Translations under genes and position numbers: made by a program | Shown: piece by piece, positions 14,329 through 29,142 of the stretch | Position numbering within the stretch: the stretch's first letter is position 1 | How the letters are laid out: every line of letters starts with the position of its first letter | Notes under the pieces: model-generated | Database searches by the model: none | Told to the model about the DNA's origin: nothing | The model's input: only the letters and a program-made list of their open reading frames with translations | Origin: Eledone cirrhosa | Taxonomy: Eukaryota | Length of the DNA: 64,000 nt | NCBI GenBank assembly: GCA_964016885.1 | Contig: OZ024741.1 | Location: 293,756,001 to 293,820,000, forward strand | Direction: 5' to 3'

Positions 14329-14557
14329 TATATGTCACAGTTCTTGTTTGGAGAGGTACTGCTGCTGTTGGTAATGGTAAAATAACAAATAATCATCAGA
14401 GTTGATGTTGTTCATTGTAATGGTAGCACTGGTAGTGTTGGTTGTGGTGTCAGTGGTGTTTGTCGTGGTGGTGGTGTGGTGGTGGTAATATTGGTGGTGG
14501 CACCTCTCTCTCTCTCTCATCACCTTTCTTTCTCTCCTCCTCTCACTCTCTACTCCT

Positions 14558-14589
<32 letters not shown>

Positions 14590-15403
14590 CATCTCTCCCT
14601 CCTCCTCTCTCCTATCCTCTCCATCTCTCTAATCTCTGCTACCAATCTATCCCCCCATCCCCCCATCCATCTATCCACCCATCCATTTATCCACGCCCAT
14701 CCATCTCCCCCATCCACACCCTCATCCATCTTTCCCCTCCCATCTATAATTTCCAGGCTAGTGACCAACTGTCCACCAACATTTATTGTCAATGTTACAA
14801 TATTTAGTAGAAGTTTCACTCCACTATCATCACACAAACTCACTCAGCTGAAGTATCAACATGGTATGTATGTATGCAAGTATCTGTGTGGTGTGTGTGT
14901 GTGTGTGTGTGTGCATGCATGCATGGGCATGTGTCTGTCTGTATGTATGTATGTATGTATGTGTTGTGTGTGTTGGTGTGTGCACACATGTTCTGTATGT
15001 ATGTATGTATGTGTGTATCTCTGTATATGCAGGCGTGTGTTGTGTGAGTATTGTATGTATGTATGTATGGTGACTAACAGTAATAGCATGAATCAAACAC
15101 TCTAATATTTTATTATACTCTTGTAATTTCTCAATATGTGTGTCTACAATTTATTGTTATGTATATGTATGTGTCTTTTGGCTAGGTACGCATGCAATGC
15201 ATCAGTATTCACATTCATTTATGCATGTCTGTGTGTGCAATATGTCACTATGTACATGTGTGTGTGTATCTACAATGCATCAGTATGCACATGCATTTAT
15301 TAGTGTCAGTATATGCAATATATCACTATGTGCATGTATATTTGTTTGGGTATGCATGTGTGTGTATATTGTCAGTATATACATGCATGTGTTTGTAAAT
15401 CAA

Positions 15404-15467
<64 letters not shown>

Positions 15468-16094
15468 TACATATATAAACACATACACACAAACATATAT
15501 AAACACATACACACAAATATATGTATATATATTACACAAATATATAAAAGACAGTGTGTGTGTGATTGTTTGTATGTGTGTTTGTTTGTTGGTGTGTGCA
15601 TGTAGGAGATAGTGGAGAGGATTCTTCCAATAGTATACTAACCAAAATCTTAAGTTTTATCTGAAGAGGCAGACAGCAATATAGTTGTTACAACAGAAGT
15701 TTATATTACCATTAAAACAGTGGCTAGAACTATATGAATTATTTATTGTCTGAATACAACATCATACACCATCATATGGCATGGCATTGCTGGCTAGCTT
15801 GCTGTGTATCCTTATCATATTGTGTATTTGTGAAATATTTATAATAGTAATAAGGAATATGAAGAGTGGCTAGCAATGATATGTAGCTAAAATACAAGGA
15901 CATACACATTAGTGAGGGTGCTGTGTATTGGAATGAATTGACATGGTGTATATGAATATGTATACACACACACAAATATATATATATATATATACACACA
16001 CACATAAATAGATATATAATCTGACTGCCATGGCTCTTAGAATAATGTTGTCTTACTGTTCCAAAATAATGATTCTAACTTGTCTTTTAATAAT

Positions 16095-16518
16095 GGTTTC
16101 TGATTCAGTCACAAGGCCAACAATTTTGCAGGGAAAGCGAAAGTCGATTAAATCGGCCACAATGCAATACTGGTACTTTATTTTATCAATCCTATAAGGA
16201 TGAAAGGCAAGGCTAACCTCAGTGGGATTTGAACTCAGATCATAAAAGGATGTAATTCTTTTCTGCAAAGTATGTTGTGTGATGTTCTACCAACGCTACC
16301 AATCCACCGCCCTATTCTTTTAATAATTGTTTCTACTTTAAGCACAAGGCCAGCAATTACCCAGTGCATTACTGGTACTTTATTTTATCGACCCCATAAG
16401 GATGAAAGGCAAAGTCAACCTCGGCAGGATTTGAACTCAGATCGTATAGGGATAGGGACGTAACTATGCTGGAAAGCATGGCGTCCAACCCTCCACCGAT
16501 ACTGTCAATCCACCGCCC
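16095..16518 (-). mobile_element. Two tandem SINE family 1 copies
   Basis: Full head and core; TCTTTTAATAAT repeated at ~16083, ~16316 and ~16522. Confidence 0.88.
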
Positions 16519-16952
16519 TATTCTTTTAATAATGATGCTATTTTTGGGGCCTCTGCGTGTTCAGTTTTAACAATATGTGCACCTACTGTTGAAATAACAG
16601 AACAGACTGCTCAATAACATGCAAGTGGCTGAGCATTTCACAGACAGTTGCACTGAATATAATTTTCAGATAGATTCAATGTGACACAGTGTGTGACAAG
16701 GCTGGCTCTTTGAATTACATGTACAACTAATTTTTGTCAGCTAACTTAACTGGAACAATATGAAATATAACTCTTGAGTTACCAACACAACCAAAACAGG
16801 TTCTGGTTCTATGAAATAAAACAAGCCATTTTAAATGTTTCCAATTTAAATTAAAATCTTCCAAATGATCTTATATAAGAACCTTACATTAAATTACTAA
16901 CTTAGTAATGAAGGAATTCATAATTTTAGTAAATCCCTCAAAACTCTTCATT

Positions 16953-17138
16953 GGTGGATTGGTAGTATCGGTAGAGGGTCGGACACCGTGCTTTGATGCA
17001 TAGAGTTACAGCCCTTTCCAATCTGAGTTCAAATCCCACCGAGGTTAACTTTGCCTTTCATCCTTATGTGGTCGATAAAATAAAATACCAGTAATGCACT
17101 GGGTAATTGCTGGTCTTGTGCCAAAAGTAGAAACAATT
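16953..17138 (+). mobile_element. SINE family 1
   Basis: GGTGGATTGGTAGTATCGG..GAGTTCAAATCC..AGTAGAAACAATT. Confidence 0.88.
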
Positions 17139-17879
17139 GATTAATTGAAATAGTCTATTTCATTAGAAATGTGGTCATGGAAGGGATAATGTGTTGCTCA
17201 AGGAGAGAACGTTCTACCAGGAATTGAACTCATAATTTCAATCATGTGGCAAACACCTAATCACTAAGCCACACACCTCGACAATTATTGATAATAATGA
17301 CAATAATGATAATAGCAATGATAATTTCTATATTAGCCACAAGGACTTGCACATAGAATGCAGTAAACATTATAAACACATGGATTACAATACATATATA
17401 TGGATGCACTGTCAAGCCATCTGACTTGCTAACTGTTATTGGGGAGTGATTTCTCTGATGTTGTGGGGTTCCTTTCCTTGTTTCTTATGTTGATGTTTTC
17501 TAATTGTAATTCTATTTACTATTATCTATTAATTAATATGTCTTCATTGTTATATCTAAGTCCACCCTTTTACTCAATATACCCCTCCCCACCTGTGTCT
17601 AAAATAAAAAGTCATAGGTTATATTGTGAAATAATTCCTTCTAAATTAAAGAATCAATAATCTGTTGAGTTGCTGCAAAATCAATAAAGAGTTTTGATGC
17701 AAAAAATAAAGGGCGAAAATCAATTTCAGATCAATCAAATAATAGTAAATAAAAAAAAATTATTTTTGTTTATGACAAGAAGTTAATTTCAAACTTAAAT
17801 AATAATTATTAATTTCCATATTTTTTTCATCATCATCATTTTTAGAAATTATTTATGGTTTGACATAGACAATTATTAT

Positions 17880-18250
17880 CATTGCAGCATAGAGTTTTGG
17901 CCCTTTATAATCTGAGTTCAAGTTCCGCCGAGCTTAATTTTGCCTTTCATCCTTATGGGATCGATAAAATAAAGTTACCAGTTACGCACAGGGATAATTG
18001 CTGGCCTTGTGCCAAAAGTAGAAACAATTATTTTAGTTACATCTGGCAGTAAAACATTGCCCCCAAAAGAACTTCATAATGGGTATGAAGTCTGTCATAG
18101 CGCCTGCAGTGTCATTAGAATGTCTGATATAATGTAATGCGTTGTGGTATTTATTCTGGCTCTCTGCTCTCTGTGTTCAAATCCTACTGACATCAACTTT
18201 GCCTTTCATCTATTTGAGGCCGATAAAAAAGTACCAGATAAGTACCGGGG
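17880..18250 (+). mobile_element. Two partial SINE family 1 copies
   Basis: Core TTTGCCTTTCATC present twice. Confidence 0.7.
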
Positions 18251-19000
18251 TCAGTTCTTCCCCTGTATCACTTTATCACTTCCATTCTCTCACTCTCTAT
18301 CCTTCTCTGGGAGAAATCTGCTGTATTCAGACCTGGAGAAGATATGGGCTTCACCAGATTTAAAAAATAAAATGAGCTACAAATGAATTACAGGATTATG
18401 CATGGTGCCTGCAAAGCTCACCCTTGATTTAGTAGGAAGAATAACTTTTAAATGTTTGATGCATTATTGTTATACAATGTCATCCTTATCCTGGATAGTC
18501 CTCAGATGACATTTATAACACTCTTAGTTTAGAAATAATGGCTCTTTACTGAAATCCAATCCAGGACTTTTTACATAACCCCAAAGAAGACATCTAAATA
18601 TGGTTATCTTTTTATACCATTTAGAGAAGAGGTGAGGGTTAGACAATGTACAAATACCATGTAATTTGTTGGGGCTTCCAAGACTGATGGAAGGAAAAAG
18701 GACTTGTCCAAAATACTTGCAACAAAGTGAACACTGCTGAAACACCCAAAGATGAGTTTGTGGTGTTAAACTGGGCAACGGATTAAGGCTACCACCCTAA
18801 TTGATGATCAAACTGATAGAAATGCTATTAAAATATCAATATACACTCTACAAGTGAGGCTATTAGTCTGAAATGTTATAATTTTAACTTACTTTTCCTA
18901 ACAAACGGCTTCATAAGCTTTCTTCTGATTAGTCAATTCACTTAACTTGTGTGTGTGTAGGAGAATCTATTTCATATTTTGTTTTTTTTAATTTTTGTAG

Positions 19001-19029
19001 GTTTCAATCCTATTCAAACCATTGCTCAT
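19001..19029 (+). other. Candidate 29-nt micro-exon of an unidentified host gene
   Basis: T-rich tract plus TGTAG acceptor, CAT|GTGAGT donor; reads (G)FNPIQTIAH. Confidence 0.35.
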
Positions 19030-20009
19030 GTGAGTCTCTCTCTCTCTCTATCTATCTATCTCGCTCCATACACTCTCACACCATTAGACACTACACCATT
19101 AAAAGCAACATTTATAAGAGTCATTGACCATTTCACCCAAGAGACACATATAATGACATTTATAAAAGACAATGTCTTGAAGTGGGTCCCAAACTTACTG
19201 AACCAAACTTTTGATGTTAACAAAAACTGGCCATAATCCAACATTCTACTTTTGTTGTTCTTCTTCTTCTTATTGCTATGATTACCAACAGATGGAGCAG
19301 TTTTACTAACTATTACTAGTATGGAGGTGGAAAATTTGTTAAAGCATTTCATGTAATACCAAATGTTATTTAGTCTGGCTTCTGGCATTCTGAGGTCAAA
19401 TCTCACTCTGGTCATGTTCGTCTTTGAATTTCATATGATCAATAAATAAAGTACGAATTTAGGGTAGTATACTCCAATATACTCAACTGAAAATGAGTAC
19501 CAGCAATATCTGGGGGTTTAACCCTGTAATAGACTAGTGTCCGGTCCAGGGGAGTCTTGTACTCTCAGTTGCATCACACTACAGAAAACAATATAATAGA
19601 GACATAGATTATGTTGCAAGTATTCTAGCAAGGTCTCCAATTTGAAGGTATTTTCCTCCCATCCTTAAAACCACTCATGGAAGCTCCTGAAAGGTTCATG
19701 GGCATTAATCTTCCAGAATAAGTAATGAAAACAGAAAAGGATGTATCACTTATTCATGTTATAACACTATGAAACAGAGTGAATATCACTTACATCATAC
19801 CATGAGGCTAATGTGATGAAAGCTAACTGAAGTCACTGGTGACTCAAGTAGTTACTCTATGTGCCACATCATGTGTTTGGCATCTTCCTAATACAAAGAT
19901 AGACTAAATTCTTTAGCAATTTTATCAATCAATAAATTACATTTAAAAAAAGATGTATATAGAAAAATCTAGATCTAACATAAAGAACAAAATGTTTTAG
20001 TTAAAATAA

Positions 20010-20400
20010 TTGTTTCTACTTTAGGCACAAGGCCAGCAATTGCCCAGTGCATTACTGGTACTTTATTTTATCGACCCCGTAAGGCAAAGTCAACCTCGGC
20101 GGGATTTGAACTCAGATCGTAAAGGGATGTAACTATGCTGGAAAGCATGGCGTCCGACTCTCTACCGATACTGCCAATCCACCGCACTATAGTTAAAATA
20201 ATGATTTCTATTATAGGCACAAGGCCAATAATTTTGAGGGAGTGGGAAAGTCGATTAAATTAATTACTGGTGCTTTATTTTATTAACCCTGTAAGGATGA
20301 AAGGCAAAGCTAATCTCAGCAGGATTTGAACTCAGAACGTAAAGGGCTAAAACTATGCCACTAACTATATTGTCCTACGCTCTACCAATTCTGCCAAATG
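20010..20400 (-). mobile_element. Two tandem SINE family 1 copies
   Basis: First copy flanked by TAGTTAAAATAAT duplication (~19998 and ~20189). Confidence 0.85.
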
Positions 20401-21398
20401 TACGTTTTACAGTATCCATTGTGTTGTTCACATTTTTTGATTTATTAAGAGAAAATTCCTCACATCTAGAAGGGATACACAATTATCTTAAAACAATCTC
20501 TCGTCTACCTATCTTCCACTCAGTGTTTGTTTATTACAAACGCTGAAGTGGAGACCTTTGTGAAAAATAAAAGAAAAATTCTACCTGTAAGGGCACTGAA
20601 ATTCATATCACTTAGACTACCAATAACCAAAAGGGATAGCGTGAAGTATGGCCTCGTGTTTGTGGACATCATAGATACAGACTGTTATTGTGGATTGGAT
20701 GGCTTCCAGCTCCAGTAGCAGAAACATAGTTACATATTATTTAACAACGTTTGACAGCTTTCGATAAAATTCTATATTTCAAAAAATAAGAATATAAAAA
20801 GAAAGAAGGGAAAAAAACAAAAACCGATAAAACTATGGGAAAAAAAATCTGCACAAAAGAAATAAATGAGGCTTATTCATGAATACTATGGCAATAAAAT
20901 TTATATAGAGATGTTTTAAAATACATAAATAAAAATGCACCCACACAGACAGACTCACATTTATATTTATATACATATATGTGTGTAAATGTATGTATAT
21001 ATATGTGTGTGTATGTGTGTGTATATATATATATATATAGATATGTATATATATATATGTGTGTGTATACATATATATAATGTGTGTGTGTACACATACA
21101 CATCTACACACCAGACATGCATACTATCTATCTATACCACACATACACCATATACACATGTACACCACAAATTCTGTAAGCAATCCAATTACAAAATATT
21201 CTGCATTTCAAATATCTTGTACAGCTGAGGATGTCTTCAGAAAAGTACAGAAAACTGTTATGGTCATAATAATAATAATAATAATAATACCACCAACAAC
21301 AACAACAAAAATTGTTATTACTATTGTGTTGTATATATACACATCAATGGAATAGGAGATTTATACATGAATGTCTCTATACGCTCACACATACACAC

Positions 21399-21435
<37 letters not shown>

Positions 21436-21452
21436 CTATCTCTGTTATTGTA

Positions 21453-21505
<53 letters not shown>

Positions 21506-21868
21506 GCACATCTAAATATGTATATATGCATATGCTGGTAGACATGTACACCCAAAAGATAGAAAAATGAATGGAAATAGCATGCTAGTTAGGTGTGTGT
21601 ATATGTTTGTTATTCATGTATATATATATATATATGCTTGCACATGACATATGCATTGAATGGTGATATTTCAGGTTTATAGTTAACTAACCATTGTCAA
21701 GTAGGAGCTGTCATATCTGGAGAGTCATAAACTGCACTATTATTATATATTATTCAATATACATGTCATATATGTATTTCTATAACGTCTTTCACTAACT
21801 AAAGTTATGTGTTTTCTACATATTTACTGGTTTATTATACAGAGGATATAGAATCGTATTGTTTGCTG

Positions 21869-21910
<42 letters not shown>

Positions 21911-22029
21911 TACATAATGATTAGGAAAGCACTAGGTATTGTGTATTGATATGATTCTTGTACATACATACACACATACATATATACATGTATACACACA
22001 CATATTCATTACATACATGTATTACACAC

Positions 22030-22102
22030 ATACATACATACATACATACATACATACATACATACATACATACATACATACATACATACATACATACATA
22101 CA
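22030..22102. repeat. (TACA)n tetranucleotide microsatellite
   Basis: Direct. Confidence 0.95.
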
Positions 22103-23799
22103 TTCCTTCCTTTGCTAATTGTGAATGAATGTCTTCTCAATATAAGCTTCTCCTGAGATATAACCTTAAAATATATATAGCCATTCAATTCAAACATAAA
22201 TATAATATTGTTGTTTGGAATCATAGAATAAAAACTTGTTCTGTTGTGGAATTCAACTTACCATTTGACATCAATATGGTAAAATCATACAATAGACAGA
22301 AGATATCTATGGTCCATTGATGACCAGTTTACAATTCCAGTACCCAAATACTTTCAGCATTACAGTTACTATTATTGGATCAGAGTGTGGCTCAACTTAT
22401 ATATAGAGAGGGTAGGTGAAAGAATCTGCCTATTTAAAATAACTTTATTAATTATTGGTCAATTTTCATAAAACATGTTTTATTTTGTACAGTATAATGG
22501 TAGAAGTAGAGTACAGTGATACAATTTTGCATAGGCACCAGCATTGTCCACTGGAAGTTGGTTGTACATGACGAATATGTTTCTTCAATTGAGTCAGCTT
22601 TTTCTTTTGAACTACAAACTTCCTCCTTCGCTCACTCCTACAGGAAAAAATCACATGGCATTAAGTCAGAGCTTGTTGTTGGCCATTCATGTTAATTTCA
22701 ATGGGCATCCAACGTCCTGGAAATTGGACATCAAGCCACTCATGGACAGTGCATGTAAAATGAAAAGAGGTCCTGTCTTAGATTAATATGAAATCATTGA
22801 TGTTGTTCCAAGTGATCACACTAGGCCAAAAGTTCTAAGTAATTTTCAACAGGAAGGTTCTTTCTACCCACCCTGTAATTTCTAATTCATGAGCTACCGA
22901 GGATCATGATTTCATGATTTCAAACAGGGTTGGATTAAGTGCTTTTGAGAATCTAAGCACTTGAAAAAGATTATGATGCCTCCCCAACTCTTATATATAA
23001 AGTCTGCAAAAAATATTTTGGGAATGACAAATATTTTCATTTTAATAAAATAGTGTACCTTTTACTTTGATGCACTAAGTATGTATTCATTTTGCTTAAT
23101 GTCTCATGCAGTTTGACTACAAAGTAAAGATCTTGACCACATAGCCATATCTGTCCTATATCTGGCTAACTGTGGCATATATGGTGCTTTGAATCCAATC
23201 AATGTAGCATTACACCTCATTTGTTTTGTGTTATGGGGATACAAGGAGCAATCTTCTGGATATTTAAATACACCTTATGTTGGTTGGTACTGGTTGGTTC
23301 TTTCTTCTTACATTTTGATAAAGAATAGATTGGCTATTACTAGTCCAATTCTTTAGAAGAATACTTGTGATTGATTTTGTTCCAATTCAACGTTTGGGTC
23401 ATGGAGTAGTAATATACCTTATGTTGACAACAACAGCAGCAACAGGGTCTTGGAGAAATAACATAGCTATGTGAATAATACCTACAACAACAACCTAGCT
23501 TTAGAGTAGTAACGTAGCTATGTTAATAACAACAACAAAGGTTTAAGAAATCCAGTTGATAGAACGTTAGTGAATACAATTCTTTGTCTCTGTTATATTT
23601 ATATATATATATAATTTACTTAGATTTCATTCCACGAATATGAAAGGCAAAGCCTTCCTCAAATTTATTGTATTCTTCTTCTCTGCCCCACTCTCCCCTC
23701 TCCCTTATTACTTAGCTTATCTTGCTGACATCTGCAACTGGTGATATTCAGTCCAGCAATTCTCATTTCTCTCTTGTAATAAACATTGGCAACTCTTTA

Positions 23800-24008
23800 C
23801 TGTGGTGAGGGTCAGACAACATGCTTTGCAGCAAAGAGCTACACACCTTTACGTTCTGAGTTCAAATTCCGCCATAGTTAGCTTTGTCTTTCATCCTTAT
23901 AGGGTCAATAAAATTAAGTAGCAGTAATGCACTGGGGTTGATTTAATCATTTTTCCTCTCCTTCAAAATTGGTGGCCTTGTGCGGAAAACATAAACCATT
24001 ATTATTAT
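23800..24008 (+). mobile_element. SINE family 1
   Basis: B-box, core and ATT tail. Confidence 0.8.
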
Positions 24009-24274
24009 TGTTTTCATCATCATCTGCACTGTCAAAAACATAACCCCCAACACCAGCACCATTACAACCAGCACCACATCCACTGCTGCCACCACCATCA
24101 ATATCAGTGCCATCATCATTATTATCATTGTATATTTTAAATGTTGGTATCAATTCCAAATGTTTTTCAGATGTATATACAGTATATCAAAACTTATATA
24201 CAACTACTATTTTTGAATTAGAAGTCTTAGCTGTGACAAAAACTGAATTGTGAACTGTAAAAATGTTCAACATA

Positions 24275-24562
24275 CCTAAGTCTAAAGTCTGTCTTGAGCC
24301 AAGAATCTCATCAGGCCAGTTCTTATCCTGGTTTCCATGGCATAAAGCTACTGAGATTACAATACTCCCCCTGGACAAGACGCCAGTCCATCACACAATT
24401 AAACTCCAAGCTACTGCTGGTACTCATTTTCAGCTAAATATACTGGAACAACATGAAATGAAGTGTTTTGCTCAAGAACACCACACACAAGCCAGTCCAG
24501 AAATTGAAACCACAGCATTATGATAATAAGTCTAACACTTATCACTAAGTCACATGCCTCCA
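24275..24562 (-). mobile_element. SINE family 3 (family-2 head, different body and tail)
   Basis: Minus: GGAGGCATGTGACTTAGTG..CTTGAGCAAAACAC..AAAATGAGTACCAGC..GACTTTAGACTTAG; also at 50965 and 60705. Confidence 0.8.
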
Positions 24563-24659
24563 CTTTCAACTATATCTCTGTACACATAAAAACATAAGAC
24601 ATTATTCTTATGCCAGCAATTCAGAGATTCATGTTTACTCACTCCAAAATAACTACTTA

Positions 24660-25016
24660 TATGATCCCATACATGGAGGAATGCTGCATCAAAGCATGGA
24701 TGGGTTGATAAAGAAACTGTGTATAAGAGGGATAATTTATAGTGTGCGGGAGAGAAGACTGCGATGGTATGGGCATGTGATGCATATGGAGGATGACCAC
24801 TGGGTAAAGAAGTGCTAAGAAATCCCAGTAGAAGGAAGACGCAGTAGAACAAGACCATGAAAAACATGGGTGGAGGTGGTGAGGGCAGACCTCAGATCAC
24901 TGAAGCTCATGGAGGTGATGAGGAAGGACTGCGACAAGTGGAGAGATGATGTGCCGAATAGGACCCACCCCACCCTTGCAAGCAGGGAAAAGTGGGCGTA
25001 AAATGATGATGATGAT
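24660..25016 (+). mobile_element. RTE-B LINE 3' fragment
   Basis: [33 protein letters not shown]; short 3'UTR CCACCCTTGCAAGCAGGG and GAT tail. Confidence 0.85.
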
Positions 25017-25779
25017 CTGCATATATCTATACACACATACACAGAGCTGATATCTGGAAGGTATACGGTTCAATTCCTCAGTGGCCCATGGCAACTTCTT
25101 TTTCCATCTTTAAGTGTTTTTATGCTATTTTTATAGCATCTCTGTGCCTGACTACACCACTCTTTATATCACATATATGTATAAATATATATATAATACA
25201 GAAAATATGTATATATATGCATATGTGTGCATACATATGGAAATACATACACAGATATATAGTCACAAACACACATATTTTTGTATTTATTTATTCTTTG
25301 ATTTTCCAATCAGAGGAAGTATACTTCCACCTTTGATTCCATTTTCAATCATTGAACAGTGAAATATTATTTCCACTGTCAGTGGTGGTGGTTGTTTTAA
25401 AATATGATTTTAAACCATTAAAATATAAAATATTTTACTTAGTTCTTCATATTGACGACATTTCCAAGATTATGATTCTTCGATAATAACAGCCATTGTT
25501 TTAATATAATGGAATTCTGAAATAAAAGTAAAATTTCCCCCGATTCCTGTCATTCATTTCCTCTTTATATGTCTGCACAATTTAATGATCTTGACACACC
25601 GGAACTAAATTTATTTTCCCCATTAATAACTTAGAGCGTATTGATGCCTTCAAAACATTGATGGTGGATTCTGTCGTTGTTTTGTAGAAGAATTTACATT
25701 GTCATCATCATCTTTCTCATCCTCATGGTTGTCTTTATCATCATCATCAACATGATTGTCATGATGTTGTAGTTCTTGT

Positions 25780-26195
25780 TGTTATTGTTCACTCTTAGCT
25801 TCAGTCCTGATAGACATATGATCAGCTGTGAAAATTTCACAGTGCATCTAGGACTACATTTTCCAATATGTCCGACCTTGTTGTTCAGACAAAAGTCTGT
25901 CCTGACCTAGGAAACATTTGATTTTCATTGTTCCAGCCATGACAATCCTAGTGTATTATCCAATGTATCCTTGTCCTTCCTTGTTATTATTGTTCAGGCC
26001 CAGGTCAATCATGATCAAGCAGACATATAATGGACGGCATTCTAACCATAAAAATTCCACCTGTTTCAGATATAGTGTATTTAGGAATACATTATCGAAT
26101 GTGTCCTTTTCTTTAAAGACAGTATGGTTTAATTTGAGGGATATTTGGTTGCTGTGTCTTGCAGGCTGAGCAGCCATGTAGAGGATGCACCCTGA
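25780..26195. repeat. Unclassified dispersed repeat (related copies ~7225-7400, ~26645-26760, ~41840-42260)
   Basis: Shared CCCAGGTCAA..GATC, TTTGAGGG..ATTTGG(C/T)TGCT motifs. Confidence 0.6.
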
Positions 26196-26364
26196 TTGAC
26201 TCATCATCTTCATCACCATAGTATTGTTGATGATCTTCACTAATAGAAAAAAATATCTTAAGGGTTAATTTAACACGCATCCTAGGTGTTACTGTTTACC
26301 TATGAACAATAGATGTAAAATATACTAAACCTCACTTAAACACTACAACGCAGGGATATATATT

Positions 26365-26555
26365 TTAACTCTTTTGATACCAAACAGTTTGAAACAACCT
26401 ATGTGGTTTTTTAAAAATGACATCAAAATTTCATGTAAAAACTGTTAAGTTATATATCTATATTATAAATTTTTCAAAATTCTTGATGAGTTTGAAAATT
26501 ATTTGAAAATCATAGGCAGTATCTTTCATTAAAAGTACGATGATGAAAGGGTTAA
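26365..26555. mobile_element. Possible TTAA-flanked MITE (piggyBac-like)
   Basis: TTAACTCTTTT...AAAGGGTTAA ends; related sequence at ~26900-27115 and ~27630-27964. Confidence 0.45.
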
Positions 26556-27149
26556 ATTATAAAGAAAATTAATAATTTCCTCTGTTTTCACACACTGAGG
26601 AGACAAAGGTTTAATGTTACAGAAATATTGGAAACTACTATACTACATGGTTGTTCAACCTGTTAGAAATAGCAGCCAAAGCTCCTTCAAACCACATCTT
26701 AAAAAGGGAAGAACATCTGAGATAATGTAATCAAAGATGTTGCTAAAATGGGCATGATTAAAACCAGGGTCCTCCAAGAGAAATTTTGCAAAGTACAACA
26801 AAATTGTTTTCTTCACCCTAACTCACTTCTGAAATTCATGGAGTTGACAATATGGGGTGCATGATCTCAAACTTCCATAGGGCCCCTTTCAGAATTACAT
26901 TTCTAATGAAATACTCACTATTTCAATTAATTAATGAAGAGTTTTGAGGGTTTTCCTAAACTTATTATTTCATCACTAAGATAGTAACTTAATATAAGGT
27001 TCTTATATAAAATTATGTTGGAAGGTATTTAATTTAAATTGGAAATTTAAAATGATTGTTTTATTTTATAGAACAAAAGCATGGTTTTTGCTGGGTTGGT
27101 AACAAAAGGGTTTGTTATCCATTATTGCCAACTATAACCCTTTTGTCAT

Positions 27150-27620
27150 CATTGATTGGGAATTAATGCACAGAAAATGTGCAGATTGATACAGGGACTA
27201 CAGAACCTGTAGTACATTTGGGCATTCATGTGCAGCTGTTGTGGGGTGTTGCTCTTTCTGTACATGGTATGGATCTGCTTGGACTGTAACTGGGTCACTT
27301 GGCGAGCCTTTGCCACAGCATCAATGATCAACAAAAAACTAGTATCTCACAATATCACCCATTTTCAATGTTTCTTATCGAGCAATGTGCACAACATATA
27401 CCAGGAGAACCCATCATCTCCATCGATGGAAAATGAAAGACAGCCCAACATTTGACTGTGGGGACCCTGACCAGAGAGTGTTGCATGTTGATTGGGATTG
27501 CCCCCTCAGACATTTTCTCAGCAGCCTGGGGGCAATCCATAATACTACAAATGACACCTTAGTCTATCTCACCAATCTCAATCTGCTCTCTAACTATTGT
27601 GCATATATCATACGACAAGA
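27150..27620. mobile_element. Two oppositely oriented LINE C-terminal remnants (Vingi/Ingi-like)
   Basis: Plus: HLHRWK..FDCG..Q..LH..WDCP then CATACG; a similar decayed peptide on minus at 27150-27310. Confidence 0.5.
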
Positions 27621-28219
27621 AGGTTTCTTATTTAAAATTAAATCCTCAAAGATAATTTGCTATAAAATACTTCTGTTATGTTGCAACAAACATTCTAATA
27701 ATGGAATAATAATTTTAGTCAATCCTCCTCAATTCTTCATTAAACCTTTTGATATGAATCTGTATGAAAATGCTCCTGTTTCGAGGAAGCAAAACCACCC
27801 AATTTAAGAGGTTTCTACTTAAATTAAAACCTTTTACTTAATGTTGTATAACATTTTGTTATGTTACAAATAATATCTTAATGAAATTATAATTTTAATA
27901 AATACTTTATTAATAACTTAAAATACAAAGTATTTCATCAGATATATGATAGCAAAGGGGTTAATTGACCATAATACAGAGCGTGTTATTAGAGTTTCAA
28001 TAATTAAAGAGTTAAGATGATTTAAAAGGCAATTTACCATTAATGTTTACCACTTAAAGATTACTTCCTGTCTTGCTCCATTAGATGTCATCAAATTCAG
28101 TATTGCCAGGGTTTGACACTTCACTTTACTGTCACCATCACCACCATCAATTACAGCCTCCTTTACCATTAACATCACCATCTATGCAACATCTATTACC
28201 TTGTTCACCACCATCATTG

Positions 28220-28230
28220 CCACCACCACC

Positions 28231-28293
<63 letters not shown>
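28220..28293. repeat. (CCA)n(CTA)n microsatellite
   Basis: Direct. Confidence 0.95.
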
Positions 28294-28294
<1 letters not shown>

Positions 28295-29142
28295 CTACCT
28301 CCATTAACAATACACCCTTCTTTTCCATTACCATCACCATCTATACAACATTCATTACCTCCCTCACCTTCACTACCACCAAGGCATACTCCCCTACCTC
28401 CATTACCCACCACCACCACCACCATCATCATATTATTTAGACCATCAATTTGTGGAAGTTTCGCCAAATAACATTTCATTAGAGGTTAATTGTTGAGGGC
28501 AGAAATTTACAGTGAATTTTGATTGTATTTAAATGTTCCTAATATATTACTGGTATTTACTGTTCCTTACTCACCGCCCATCTAACATCTAGGCACCCTC
28601 TATCTGCCCACCTACACCAAACTTCTATAATGAAATTTTGCTAATTAGAGCCATTCAAAGATATTTAATGATGGAGCAATGATTAATAGAAGCTATTTAA
28701 ATATTAATGACGATGGTGGAGATGGAGTCAGAGGAGTGTTGTTGTTGGTGATAGTGATGCTTTGCAGCATATAGTTACACCCCTTTACATTCTGAGTTAA
28801 AATGTTGCTGAGGTTATCTTTGTCTTTCTACCTTATAAAGTTGATAAAATAAAGAACTGGGGTTAATTTAATCAACTTTCCTCTCCCCCTAAATTGTTGG
28901 CCTTGTCTATAAATCAGAAACCTTTATAAATAGATAGTAATGTAATGCACACACTGAAATAGTATAGCTTGACGTTATTAGAGTTTATGTTAAGATTATA
29001 TAATGTTATATTATTTCAATTATAAATTAAATTATTTATATATATTAAATTCTGATCTGTACACAAACGGTATAAGATTTAACGAAAACTGCAAGGAATA
29101 TTTATCTAAACACACATATTTATGAATGTAAACTTATAACTA

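Noticed and set aside
15652-15720. TTTTATCTGAAGAG as another HHR
   Set aside because: GAAG instead of GAAA and stems I/III cannot be closed convincingly
24290-24340. GAAAC..CTGATGAG on the minus strand as a permuted HHR
   Set aside because: Part of the SINE family 3 tail; no stem I or cleavage triplet between the motifs, and core not kept in the other copies
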